From the NCBI GenBank assembly GCA_035703005.1, contig DASSZA010000125.1:1-55068 (forward strand): a stretch of DNA of 55,068 nucleotides, written 5' to 3'. Under the pieces are notes generated by a model. It saw only the letters and a list, made by a program, of their open reading frames with translations. It had not been told where the DNA came from and ran no database searches. This stretch comes from Candidatus Limnocylindrales bacterium. GTDB taxonomy: Bacteria > Chloroflexota > Limnocylindria > Limnocylindrales > CSP1-4. Position numbers and translations under genes: made by a program. Below are positions 25,777 to 33,732 of the stretch, one piece after another; position 1 is the first letter of the stretch; each line of letters opens with the position of its first letter.

Positions 25777-26711
25777 CCGATCAACGGCCGCCTGGCGACC
25801 TGCCGGGCGGCGAGCCCGGAGGGCTGACCTGCGACGAGGTCCGTGACCTTGCCGCCTCGTTCGTGCTGGGCGCGTTGACCGACTCCGAGATGGACGCCGT
25901 GCGCGAGCATCTCGCCGATTGCCCGGAGACCCACGACGAGTTCGCCGAGCTCGGTGCGGTCGTCCCTGCCTTGGACGCAGCCGTGCCCCTGATGGAGCCA
26001 CCGTCCGGGCTCAGGGATCGGATCCTGGCCGTGGCTGCTGCCGACCTCGACGCCCGACGCCAGGTCGACGCTTCGTCGGCCGCGCCGGCGCCGCCGGTCG
26101 CAGCCGCGAGGACCGTCGCGCCAAGAGCTGCCGAACCCGTGGGGCCGTCAGATGTCGAGCCGGTCGCCGGACCGACTCCCGCAGCGGAGCCCATCTCTAT
26201 CGAGTCCGCCCGGCGGCGGCGCCCGTTGACATGGCTGGCGGGGATCGCGGCGGTCCTCGCGATCGTGCTGCTCGGCGCCTGGAACCTCAGCCTCCAAGGG
26301 CAGCTGAACGCGGCGCAGACCTACCAGCAACAGGTGGCGTCGGTCCTCTCCGCCGCGAGTCAGCCGGGCGCACTCACCGCGGTCCTTGCCCCTCCGTCCG
26401 GACAGGGGCCGAACGGGATCGCTGCCGTCACATCAGACGGCAAGATGCGCATCGCGATGCGCGACCTTGCTCCAACCACGGGCGATGAGGTCTACGAGGC
26501 CTGGATGATCCTGCCGAACACGCCACCGGCGCCCGTCGGCGGACTCACCGTCGGCTCGGACGGGTCTGGGTTCATCGAAGCGGGCGGTGTCCCGGCACAG
26601 CCGGGCCTCGTGCTCGCGCTGACGCGCGAACCGCGTCCGGGGATGACCGCGCCATCCGGCGATCCCGTCTCGGTCGGGACGACGACCTCGACGGAGAACT
26701 CGACGGGCTAG
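25773..26711 (+). CDS. Anti-sigma factor (zinc-finger N-terminus, RskA-like C-terminal domain)
   Basis: 312 aa; ATGA overlap with sigma gene; H-x3-C-x2-H style N-terminus (REHLADCPETHDEF), one TM helix, C-terminal VYEAWMI...LALTREP pattern of RskA-type domains. Confidence 0.75.
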   Translation: MTDQRPPGDLPGGEPGGLTCDEVRDLAASFVLGALTDSEMDAVREHLADCPETHDEFAELGAVVPALDAAVPLMEPPSGLRDRILAVAAADLDARRQVDASSAAPAPPVAAARTVAPRAAEPVGPSDVEPVAGPTPAAEPISIESARRRRPLTWLAGIAAVLAIVLLGAWNLSLQGQLNAAQTYQQQVASVLSAASQPGALTAVLAPPSGQGPNGIAAVTSDGKMRIAMRDLAPTTGDEVYEAWMILPNTPPAPVGGLTVGSDGSGFIEAGGVPAQPGLVLALTREPRPGMTAPSGDPVSVGTTTSTENSTG

Positions 26712-26712
26712 G

Positions 26713-27648
26713 TCAGCCCGGCGTCCCCGGCACCGGAAGGGCGTCGGCGACGCTTCCCGCTCCGGCGGACTTCGCGCGATCGAGCGCGGCCTTCGCTGCC
26801 TCGATCAATGACTCGGAGTCGCCGGCGTCGCGCGGGAACGTGGCGACACCCGCCGACACGCTGACCCCGCGGCCTGCGACGCCGGGCAGTGCAGCGATGC
26901 CGTCCTGGACGCGCTTCGCGACGATCACCCCAGCGGCACCGGGCGCCACGAGGACGAACTCGTCCCCGCCGATGCGACCCACCGTATCGACCAGCCGGAC
27001 CGACTCCGACAGGACCGACGCGACGCGCCTGAGGATGTCGTCCGCCGCGCGAACATCGCTCGCGTTTGCGGCGCGAAAGTCGTCGACATCGAACAGCGCG
27101 AGGGACACCTCGCCGCCCTGTCGACCCGCACGAGCGAGCTCGAGCTCGAGGACACGAGCGACGGTGCGCTCGTTGGCGATGCCGGTGAGCGGGTCCGTAG
27201 CGGCCATCCGCTCGAACCATTCGGCACGCTCGGCGACGTTCGACGCATGGCGCGCGCGGTCCGCAGCGAGCGCGGCGAGTGACGCGAAGGCATCGATCAT
27301 CGCTTGATCGCCCGACGCCGCCCCGGCCGGCCAGCGCAGGATCAGCGTGCCGAGCGAGGACTCCACGCCGCCGCGCCCGATCACGAGCGGCGCCACGGTC
27401 ACGCCGGCGATGTCGGTCGTCTTCCCGATCGCCTCGACCTCGCCCTCGCGAAAACCGGTGGACGCGGCCAGTTGCGGGTCCGCGCGGTCGGGGTCGGCGA
27501 GGAGGATCGCGGCGCCATCCGCGCCGAGTCCGGCGGCAGCCGCCGCGAGGATGCCACCGAGTGCGGCATCGAGGTCATCGGAGCTTGCCGCCTGGATCGC
27601 GGCCGCCAGCTCAGTGCGCGGATCGGTGGACGGACCGTCGATGGACAC
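26713..27648 (-). CDS. GAF-GGDEF diguanylate cyclase
   Basis: ORF 26713..27957 trimmed to GTG 27646-27648 (GGAG 9 nt upstream); intact RIGGDEFVLV active site with RLVD (RxxD I-site) 5 residues upstream; N-terminal GAF-like region. Confidence 0.8.
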   Translation of the reverse strand: MSIDGPSTDPRTELAAAIQAASSDDLDAALGGILAAAAAGLGADGAAILLADPDRADPQLAASTGFREGEVEAIGKTTDIAGVTVAPLVIGRGGVESSLGTLILRWPAGAASGDQAMIDAFASLAALAADRARHASNVAERAEWFERMAATDPLTGIANERTVARVLELELARAGRQGGEVSLALFDVDDFRAANASDVRAADDILRRVASVLSESVRLVDTVGRIGGDEFVLVAPGAAGVIVAKRVQDGIAALPGVAGRGVSVSAGVATFPRDAGDSESLIEAAKAALDRAKSAGAGSVADALPVPGTPG

Positions 27649-27716
27649 GGGTCGGCTCCTGCACGCGTTGGTTCGGGAGGCCGCATCGTACACCGCCCAC
27701 GCTTCGCGGAAACGCG

Positions 27717-27745
27717 TTGACCGGGGGAGGTGGTGCACGGATACT
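27717..27745 (+). promoter_or_regulatory. Sigma-A-type promoter TTGACC-17 nt-GATACT, 7 nt before darA ATG (leaderless)
   Basis: TTGACC 27717-27722, 17-nt spacer, GATACT 27740-27745, ATG 27753, no SD. Confidence 0.55.
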
Positions 27746-27752
27746 CCGCCCG

Positions 27753-28082
27753 ATGAAGCTCGTCGTGGCGATCGTGCACAACGAGGACGCCGGCGCCCTC
27801 GTCGACGCGCTCCTCGACAAGGAGTTCCGCGCGACCCGCGTATCAAGCTCGGGTGGTTTCCTGAAGCGCTCGAACGCGACGATCTTCCTCGGGGTCGAGG
27901 AAGACGACGTCGACGAGGTCCTGTCGATCGTCCGCGACACGTGTACCTCGCGGACACAGGTCGTGAACCCGATGCCGCCCATCATGGAGCCCGGTGAGTT
28001 CTTCATGCCGTATCCGCTCGAGGTCGAAGTGGGCGGGGCCACGGTCTTCGTCGTCCCGGTCGACCGGTACGAGCGCCTCTAG
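27753..28082 (+). CDS. darA: PII-like cyclic-di-AMP receptor DarA (YaaQ/PstA family)
   Basis: 109 aa; MKLVVAIVHNEDAGALVDALLDKEFRATRVSSSGGFLKRSNATIFLGVE...PYPLEVEVGGATVFVVPVDRYERL matches the YaaQ/DarA family end to end from memory. Confidence 0.85.
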   Translation: MKLVVAIVHNEDAGALVDALLDKEFRATRVSSSGGFLKRSNATIFLGVEEDDVDEVLSIVRDTCTSRTQVVNPMPPIMEPGEFFMPYPLEVEVGGATVFVVPVDRYERL

Positions 28083-28086
28083 CCTG

Positions 28087-28509
28087 GTGGCGTGGACGCC
28101 GCCCGCGGTCGGCCAGCGTGGGACCTGGACCAAGACGTTCACGGCTGACGACGTCGAGGCGTTCGCCGCCCTTACCGGCGACCGCAACCCGCTGCATTTC
28201 GACGAGGACTTCGCCCGCCGGACCCGGCCAGGACGGCTGATCGTCCACGGCGGTCTTACGACCGGGCTGTTCAACGCGCTCGTCGCCGAAGTCCTGCCGG
28301 GGCCGGGCAGCGTGTTCCTCCATCAGGAATGGGACTACCCGGCACCCGCTTATATCGGTGACACCGTGACGGCCGAGGCAGAGGTGATCGAAGCGCGAGC
28401 GGACAAGCCGATCACGACCCTCCGATGCGTCGCGCGCCGCGACGACGGGACCGAGGTCCTGACGGGAACCTGCGTCGTCTACACGATGTTGCCGAAGGAC
28501 TCTCCGTGA
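28087..28509 (+). CDS. MaoC-like (R)-specific enoyl-CoA hydratase, hot-dog fold
   Basis: ORF 27994..28509 trimmed to GTG 28087; FAALTGDRNPLHFDEDFA...IVHGGL motif. Confidence 0.8.
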   Translation: MAWTPPAVGQRGTWTKTFTADDVEAFAALTGDRNPLHFDEDFARRTRPGRLIVHGGLTTGLFNALVAEVLPGPGSVFLHQEWDYPAPAYIGDTVTAEAEVIEARADKPITTLRCVARRDDGTEVLTGTCVVYTMLPKDSP

Positions 28510-29771
28510 CCCAGGCGGCGGCGACGGTTCGGCCGGCCGATACGGCCGCCGAGCCGACCGAGCGATGGACGCAGCTCGTGATCCTCGGGGTCGGGATGGT
28601 GCTCGCGATGTCGCCGTCGTTCGCGGCCGCCGCGGTGGCCCCCATCCTCCGCGAGGAGTGGACGGTCGGGCCTCTCGATCTGCCGTTCCTCACGGTCGTC
28701 GTCCAGCTCGGTTTCGCAGTGGGCGCGATCGGGCTGGCGGTGATCGGCGCACCAGACGTCATCCCCGCTCCCCGACTGTTCGCCGCCGGTGCGATCGTCG
28801 CAGCGATCGCCAACCTCGGGTTCGGGCTGATCGCAAGCGACCCCGGGTCGGCAGTGCCGTTCCGCTTGCTGACTGGGGTGGCGCTGGCCGCCGTGTACCC
28901 CGTCGCGATGAAGATGGGTGCAGGCTGGTTCCGGCGCGACCGAGGCCTCGCGATCGGGGTCGTGAACGGTGCCTTGACCGTCGGCGTCGCCCTCCCATTC
29001 CTGTTCCGCGCCCTCGGCGCGTATGCGGGCGTCGACTGGCGGCCCGTCGTCGTCGCGGCAAGCGTCGCCGGCCTCGCCGGCGCCGCGCTCGTCGGGCTGA
29101 CGGCTCGGACGGGCCCGCTCGATGTCGCCGCCCCACGGTTCTCGCCGGCCATCGCCGCTGCGGCGTTCCGCGAGCCATCGGTCCGCCTCGCGGCGACCGG
29201 CTACTTCGGTCACATGTGGGAGCTCTTCGCGATGTGGACGTGGATCCCGATCTTCCTGCTCGGGACGTTCGCGGCGGCGGGCGTCGTGGATCCGGCCGCG
29301 GCATCGCTGACCGCGTTCGCGGTCGTCGCCGCGGGAGGTGTGGGATCCGCCGTGGCCGGTGCCATCGCGGATCGTGTCGGCCGCACCGCGACGACCATCG
29401 CCGCGATGGCGACGTCTGCCACCTCCGCGGTCGTGGCCGGGATCCTCTTCGGTGCCCCGATCCCGATCGTCGTCATCGTCGCCCTCGTGTGGGGCGTCTC
29501 CGTCGTCGCCGATTCGGCGCAGTTCTCGTCCGCGATCTCGGAGCTTGCGCCACCCGGAACGTCGGGCTCGGCGCTGTCGGTGCAGACAGCGCTAGGGTTC
29601 ACCCTCACGAGTGTGACGATCCTCGGCGTCGGCCTGCTCGACCCGACGAACGCCGATGGCTGGCGCCTGGCCTGGATCATCCTCGCCCTTGGGCCGGTCG
29701 TCGGGATCGTCGCGATGGCTCGCCTTCGTGGTCGTCCGGACGCGACGAAGATGGCCAACGGTCATCGATGA
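28506..29771 (+). CDS. MFS transporter
   Basis: ORF 28425..29771 trimmed to GTG 28506 (GTGA overlap); about 12 hydrophobic helices. Confidence 0.8.
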   Translation: MTQAAATVRPADTAAEPTERWTQLVILGVGMVLAMSPSFAAAAVAPILREEWTVGPLDLPFLTVVVQLGFAVGAIGLAVIGAPDVIPAPRLFAAGAIVAAIANLGFGLIASDPGSAVPFRLLTGVALAAVYPVAMKMGAGWFRRDRGLAIGVVNGALTVGVALPFLFRALGAYAGVDWRPVVVAASVAGLAGAALVGLTARTGPLDVAAPRFSPAIAAAAFREPSVRLAATGYFGHMWELFAMWTWIPIFLLGTFAAAGVVDPAAASLTAFAVVAAGGVGSAVAGAIADRVGRTATTIAAMATSATSAVVAGILFGAPIPIVVIVALVWGVSVVADSAQFSSAISELAPPGTSGSALSVQTALGFTLTSVTILGVGLLDPTNADGWRLAWIILALGPVVGIVAMARLRGRPDATKMANGHR

Positions 29772-29781
29772 TGATCACGTC

Positions 29782-30291
29782 ATGAGCCCCTTCCGACCTG
29801 ACCTCGTCGACTGCTGGGTCTTCCGGGTCCTCATGTCGGCGCGCGACATCCCCAGCACGGAGGTGCTGCTCCTGCGTCGAGGTCCCGACAAGATCCTTCC
29901 AGGGCTGTGGCAGTGCGTCTCCGGTTCGCTCGAGACCGACGACCACGTCGCGACCGGGGCGCTGCGCGAGCTGCACGAGGAGACCGGGTTCGGCCCCGAC
30001 GTCATCGAAGCCTTCTACGACCTCGACCTCGTGAACCAGTTCCACGAGCCGTCCTACGACGCGATCGTCACGGCCGCGGTCTTCGCGGTCCGTGTCCGCA
30101 ACGGCGTCGAACCGACCCTGTCGCATGAGCACGACGAGGCGCGCTGGGTAGGCGTAGAGGACGCCCACAGCGAGGTCGTCTGGCCGGGCTATCGGACGGC
30201 GATCGAGCGGATCCGTGACGACCTCGGCGACAGCGACCGCGCATCGTGGTTCGAGCTGACGCTCGAGGGAGCCCGCCGACCGAGGCCGTGA
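29782..30291 (+). CDS. NUDIX hydrolase
   Basis: ORF trimmed to ATG 29782; Nudix box GSLETDDHVATGALRELHEETGF. Confidence 0.85.
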   Translation: MSPFRPDLVDCWVFRVLMSARDIPSTEVLLLRRGPDKILPGLWQCVSGSLETDDHVATGALRELHEETGFGPDVIEAFYDLDLVNQFHEPSYDAIVTAAVFAVRVRNGVEPTLSHEHDEARWVGVEDAHSEVVWPGYRTAIERIRDDLGDSDRASWFELTLEGARRPRP

Positions 30292-30315
30292 GGGATGCAC
30301 CGTCGGGCATCGCGG

Positions 30316-30321
30316 TAGACT
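30316..30321 (+). promoter_or_regulatory. -10 box TAGACT (CGGTAGACTCGGG) upstream of guaB3, about 40-nt leader with GGGGAGA
   Basis: 13-mer identical to the glbO promoter region. Confidence 0.4.
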
Positions 30322-30364
30322 CGGGATCGGGGCGACCCACCGTCAGCCGGCAGGGGAGACAGAC

Positions 30365-31561
30365 GTGATCGATCGGACGGACGTACCCGAGATGAGCTCT
30401 TCGGCGGCCTCCCGCCGTGCGTTCCGGTCGAAGGTCGACAGCATCCGCCCCACCTATGGCTTCGAGGACGTGTCGCTCGCCCCGGGCACCGACACGATCG
30501 AGCCCGCCGACGTCGACCTCAGCCAGTCGTTCTGTGGCATCGAGCTCTCCATCCCGATCCTCGCGTCGGCGATGGACGCCGTGGTCGACACGCGGATGGC
30601 GGGTGAGCTCGCACGTCTCGGCGGGCTCGCTGTGCTCAATCTCGAGGGCGTCCAGGCACGCTTCGACGATCCCGCCGCGATCCTCGAGCGCATCGCCACG
30701 GCGCCCGACAGCGACGTCCACGACGTCCTCGCCGAGGCATACCAGCAGCCGATCCGCGAGGATCTGATCGCCGCCCGGATCGGGGCCATCCACGCCGCGG
30801 GCTCCAAGGCCGCAGTCGCCGCGACACCCGCCGTCGCACGGCGGCTCGGGCCGTTCGTGGCCGAGCACGGAGCCGACCTCTTCCTCGTCCAGAGCCAGGT
30901 CTCGTCGGCCCGCCATATCGCGACGGAGTACGACCCGCTCTCGCTCGCAGAGTTCACGAGGTACATGCCGATCCCGGTGGCCGTCGGTAACACCACGAAC
31001 TCCGAGGCTGCCTTCGCCCTGATGGAGCAGGGCGCCGCGGCCGTGTTCGTCGGTGTCGGTCCCGGCGCCGCCTGCACGACCCGCGAGGTGCTCGGTATCG
31101 GTGTCCCGCAGGTCACGGCCGTCAGCGATGTCGCCGCGGCGCGCGACGCCTACTTCGAGGACACGGGTCGCTACGTGCCGGTCGTCGCCGACGGCGGGAT
31201 GCGACGCGGCGGCGAGCTCGCCAAGGCGATCGCCGCGGGCGCCGACGTCCTCATGGTCGGCTCGCCGCTCGCGCGGGCCGAGGAGGCTCCGGGGCGTGGC
31301 ACGAACTGGGGCATGGCGGCTCCCTCCCCGACGCTCCCACGCGGGACGCGGATCAAGGTCGGGACGGTCGCCACGCTCGAACGGATCCTGCTTGGACCGG
31401 CCCATGTCACCGACGGCAGCGAGAACCTCGTCGGCGCGCTCCGCCAGTCGATGGCAGCAGTCGGTGCCCGCACGATCCGCGAGATGCAGCACGTCGAGAT
31501 GGTGTACGCGCCTTCCACCCAGACCGAGGGCAAGTCCTGGCAGCAGCGCGGCACGCGCTGA
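30365..31561 (+). CDS. guaB3: GuaB3-type IMP dehydrogenase-related protein (no CBS pair)
   Basis: 398 aa, GTG start with GGGGAGA upstream; YGFEDVSLAPG...ILASAMDAVV...GVGPGAACTTREVLGIGVPQ...ADGGMRRGGELAKAIAAGAD. Confidence 0.85.
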   Translation: MIDRTDVPEMSSSAASRRAFRSKVDSIRPTYGFEDVSLAPGTDTIEPADVDLSQSFCGIELSIPILASAMDAVVDTRMAGELARLGGLAVLNLEGVQARFDDPAAILERIATAPDSDVHDVLAEAYQQPIREDLIAARIGAIHAAGSKAAVAATPAVARRLGPFVAEHGADLFLVQSQVSSARHIATEYDPLSLAEFTRYMPIPVAVGNTTNSEAAFALMEQGAAAVFVGVGPGAACTTREVLGIGVPQVTAVSDVAAARDAYFEDTGRYVPVVADGGMRRGGELAKAIAAGADVLMVGSPLARAEEAPGRGTNWGMAAPSPTLPRGTRIKVGTVATLERILLGPAHVTDGSENLVGALRQSMAAVGARTIREMQHVEMVYAPSTQTEGKSWQQRGTR

Positions 31562-31565
31562 CCCG

Positions 31566-31922
31566 CTGACGGACGACATCGGCGACGACCTGGTCTTCGA
31601 GGGCAAGGTCGCCCGGATCACGACCACAGGCCGGCGCACCGGTCTGCCACGACCCGTGGCCGTCGGCTATGTCGACGAGCCGGACGGATCGGTGCTCGTC
31701 GCCGCCGGTGATTCAGCGCGTTGGGCACTCAACCTGCTCGACCAGCCCCGGGTCGACGTGGAGATCGGCGACCGCGCCTTCACTGCGGTCGCCGAGGGCC
31801 TCGACGCAGCGGACCATGCCAGGGCGATCCGGGGGTTGATCCTTCGCTATGGAACGCCGGCAGAGCGGCTCGGACGCGGACCCTCGTTCCGCCTTCGGCC
31901 GATCGGCGAGGGCGGTGCCTGA
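31566..31922 (+). CDS. DUF385/deazaflavin-dependent nitroreductase-like ORF; start codon unresolved (possible pseudogene)
   Basis: ARITTTGRRTGLPRPVAVGYVDEPDGSVLVAAGDSARWALNLLDQPRVDVEIGDR resembles the split-barrel core. No ATG/GTG/TTG in frame between guaB3 stop and GTG 31656; 31566 is a CTG. Confidence 0.4.
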   Translation: MTDDIGDDLVFEGKVARITTTGRRTGLPRPVAVGYVDEPDGSVLVAAGDSARWALNLLDQPRVDVEIGDRAFTAVAEGLDAADHARAIRGLILRYGTPAERLGRGPSFRLRPIGEGGA

Positions 31923-32389
31923 TGGCGATCGACGTCGCGATCGACTCGACCATCGGGCGGACGCCGGACGAGGTCTTCGCTGCCGTCGCGGACCTCGATG
32001 CGTGGCCGACCTGGCTCATCGCGAGCGGTATCCGCTCCGTCCGGCGTGAGCGCGTCGGCGAACCGTCGGTCGGCGAGCGGCTGGTCGTCGAGCAGAACGC
32101 CGCCGGCCGTGCCGGCACCTTCGATGCCCAGGTGACCGGCTTCGAGCCCGGCCGTCGCATCGCGCTACGCGGCCGTGATCGCGAGGGCGTCACGATCGAC
32201 ATGGAGGCTGGGGTCGCGCCTACACCGGGGACCGACGGAGGCACGACGGAGCTCCAGTTCTCGATCCGGATCGGCTTGCCGTTGAAGTACCGGTTGTTCG
32301 AATCGATGGCGCGACCGCAGGTCGAGCGGGCCGCCCTGCTCGATGTGGAGAGCCTGCGGTTGCGGCTGGAGTCGTCGGCCGAGGGTTGA
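31922..32389 (+). CDS. SRPBCC (polyketide cyclase/START-like) family protein
   Basis: 155 aa from ATG 31922 (TGATG overlap); PDEVFAAVADLDAWPTWL motif typical of SRPBCC proteins. Confidence 0.6.
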   Translation: MAIDVAIDSTIGRTPDEVFAAVADLDAWPTWLIASGIRSVRRERVGEPSVGERLVVEQNAAGRAGTFDAQVTGFEPGRRIALRGRDREGVTIDMEAGVAPTPGTDGGTTELQFSIRIGLPLKYRLFESMARPQVERAALLDVESLRLRLESSAEG

Positions 32390-32490
32390 CATCCGTCCAT
32401 GCCGATTCGCGGCGCCCGTCGATGCCGCCGGAGATCTGCGGCAGCCAACCTTGCCCTCATCGAACGGATGTCACGAAAGGACCCGAACGG

Positions 32491-33018
32491 ATGAGCGCTT
32501 CCCCTCGCACCTACGACCAGGTCCGCTTCCACCGCGGCACGCGCGGCTTCGCAGCGTTCCTCACCGCGCTGAACGGCTTCGTCGTCCTCGGCGCGACGCT
32601 ATTCGTCGTCCCGACCCTTCCCCTCGAGCCGCTCATCGCGACGTGGGCGGTGATCCTCGGCACGACGCTCGGCATCGCCCACTTCGTCGCGGTCGTCGGG
32701 CTGATCCGCGGCCGCCGCTGGGCTGCCTCCCTGGTCGGCTACGTCGTCACGGCGGCCATCGCGATGTCGGTCTTCGGCGCGCTCGTGTCGGCGACCGGTC
32801 TGTCGATCTTCGGCGCGGACCGCGGGACATCGATCGGCTTCTTCGTCTGGATGATCGCCACATACGCCGTAGCGGCCCGCTTCTCCTTCAAGCCGTTCAC
32901 CTTCACGCCGCAGGCCCATCGCGTCATGGCTCCTGTCGCGAAGCCGGTGCCGGACGCCCGGTCCGCGACCGGCGCACGGAAGCGGACGTTCGCCCGCCCG
33001 ATCGCCGCCGCAGCGTAG
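32491..33018 (+). CDS. Membrane protein, unknown function (4-5 TM)
   Basis: ORF 32386..33018 trimmed to ATG 32491 with GAAAGGA upstream; hydrophobic helices throughout. Confidence 0.55.
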   Translation: MSASPRTYDQVRFHRGTRGFAAFLTALNGFVVLGATLFVVPTLPLEPLIATWAVILGTTLGIAHFVAVVGLIRGRRWAASLVGYVVTAAIAMSVFGALVSATGLSIFGADRGTSIGFFVWMIATYAVAARFSFKPFTFTPQAHRVMAPVAKPVPDARSATGARKRTFARPIAAAA

Positions 33019-33084
33019 GCTCGCCCCCTCTCTTCGGAAGCGCTCTTCGGCCGGTTACGTCATCCGGCCTAGGCAACGACAGGA

Positions 33085-33112
33085 CGTTCGCCCGGTTACG
33101 GCCGGGCGAACG
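33085..33112 (+). terminator. Strong hairpin CGTTCGCCCGG-TTACGG-CCGGGCGAACG (11-bp stem), no U-tract
   Basis: 67 nt after stop of gene 32491-33018; preceded by weaker hairpin GGCCGG-N9-CCGGCC (33049-33069) that shares CCGGTTACG. Confidence 0.35.
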
Positions 33113-33130
33113 CATGTGCACCATCCGGAC

Positions 33131-33256
33131 ATGGACACCGTCGGGATGGTCCTCATCGCGATCAGCGCGTTCGCCCTGCTCGAGGTAGCGGCTGCGAACC
33201 TGCGCGGCGAAGAGCGCCGTCGGCGCGTCCGTCGGACGAGCCGCCCCGTCCACTGA
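33131..33256 (+). CDS. Candidate 41-aa single-TM small protein (below ORF-track cutoff)
   Basis: MDTVGMVLIAISAFALLEVAAANLRGEERRRRVRRTSRPVH; mostly G/C third positions; no recognisable promoter or SD. Confidence 0.2.
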   Translation: MDTVGMVLIAISAFALLEVAAANLRGEERRRRVRRTSRPVH

Positions 33257-33286
33257 CCCCAGTCCGGGGCCCGGCCCGATCGCCGG

Positions 33287-33292
33287 TAGACT
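33287..33292 (+). promoter_or_regulatory. -10 box TAGACT (CGGTAGACTCGGG), 9 nt before glbO ATG
   Basis: TAGACT-cgggcctcg-ATG. Confidence 0.45.
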
Positions 33293-33301
33293 CGGGCCTC
33301 G

Positions 33302-33685
33302 ATGACGACAGACACCGCGACCCTCTACGACCGCGCCGGCGGCATGCCCTTCTTCGAGCGACTCGTCGGGCGGTTCTATGAGGGCGTCGCGACCGACCCG
33401 ATCCTGCGGCCCCTCTATCCAGAGGCGGATCTCGCCGGCGCGCAGCGCCGGCTGACGCTGTTCCTCGCGCAGTACTGGGGCGGTCCGCGGACCTATGACG
33501 ACGAACGCGGGCACCCGCGATTGCGGATGCGTCACGCTCCCTTCGCGATCGATGCGGCGGCGCGCGACCGATGGCTCGAGCTGATGCGCGGCGCCCTCGC
33601 AGCGGAGGCTCCCTCACCCGACGTCGCGGCCGAGCTGGACGCCTATCTCGGGATGGCCGCGGAGGCGATGCGCAACCGGCCCTAA
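33302..33685 (+). CDS. glbO: Group II truncated haemoglobin
   Basis: 127 aa; RFYEGVATDPILRPLYPEADLAGAQRRLTLFLAQYWGGPRTYDDERGHPRLRMRHAPF closely follows GlbO-type sequences. Confidence 0.9.
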   Translation: MTTDTATLYDRAGGMPFFERLVGRFYEGVATDPILRPLYPEADLAGAQRRLTLFLAQYWGGPRTYDDERGHPRLRMRHAPFAIDAAARDRWLELMRGALAAEAPSPDVAAELDAYLGMAAEAMRNRP

Positions 33686-33732
33686 CCGTGGCCGGTGCGG
33701 CGGCCGGGCCCGCGAGCGCGTCCCGCCGTCCC

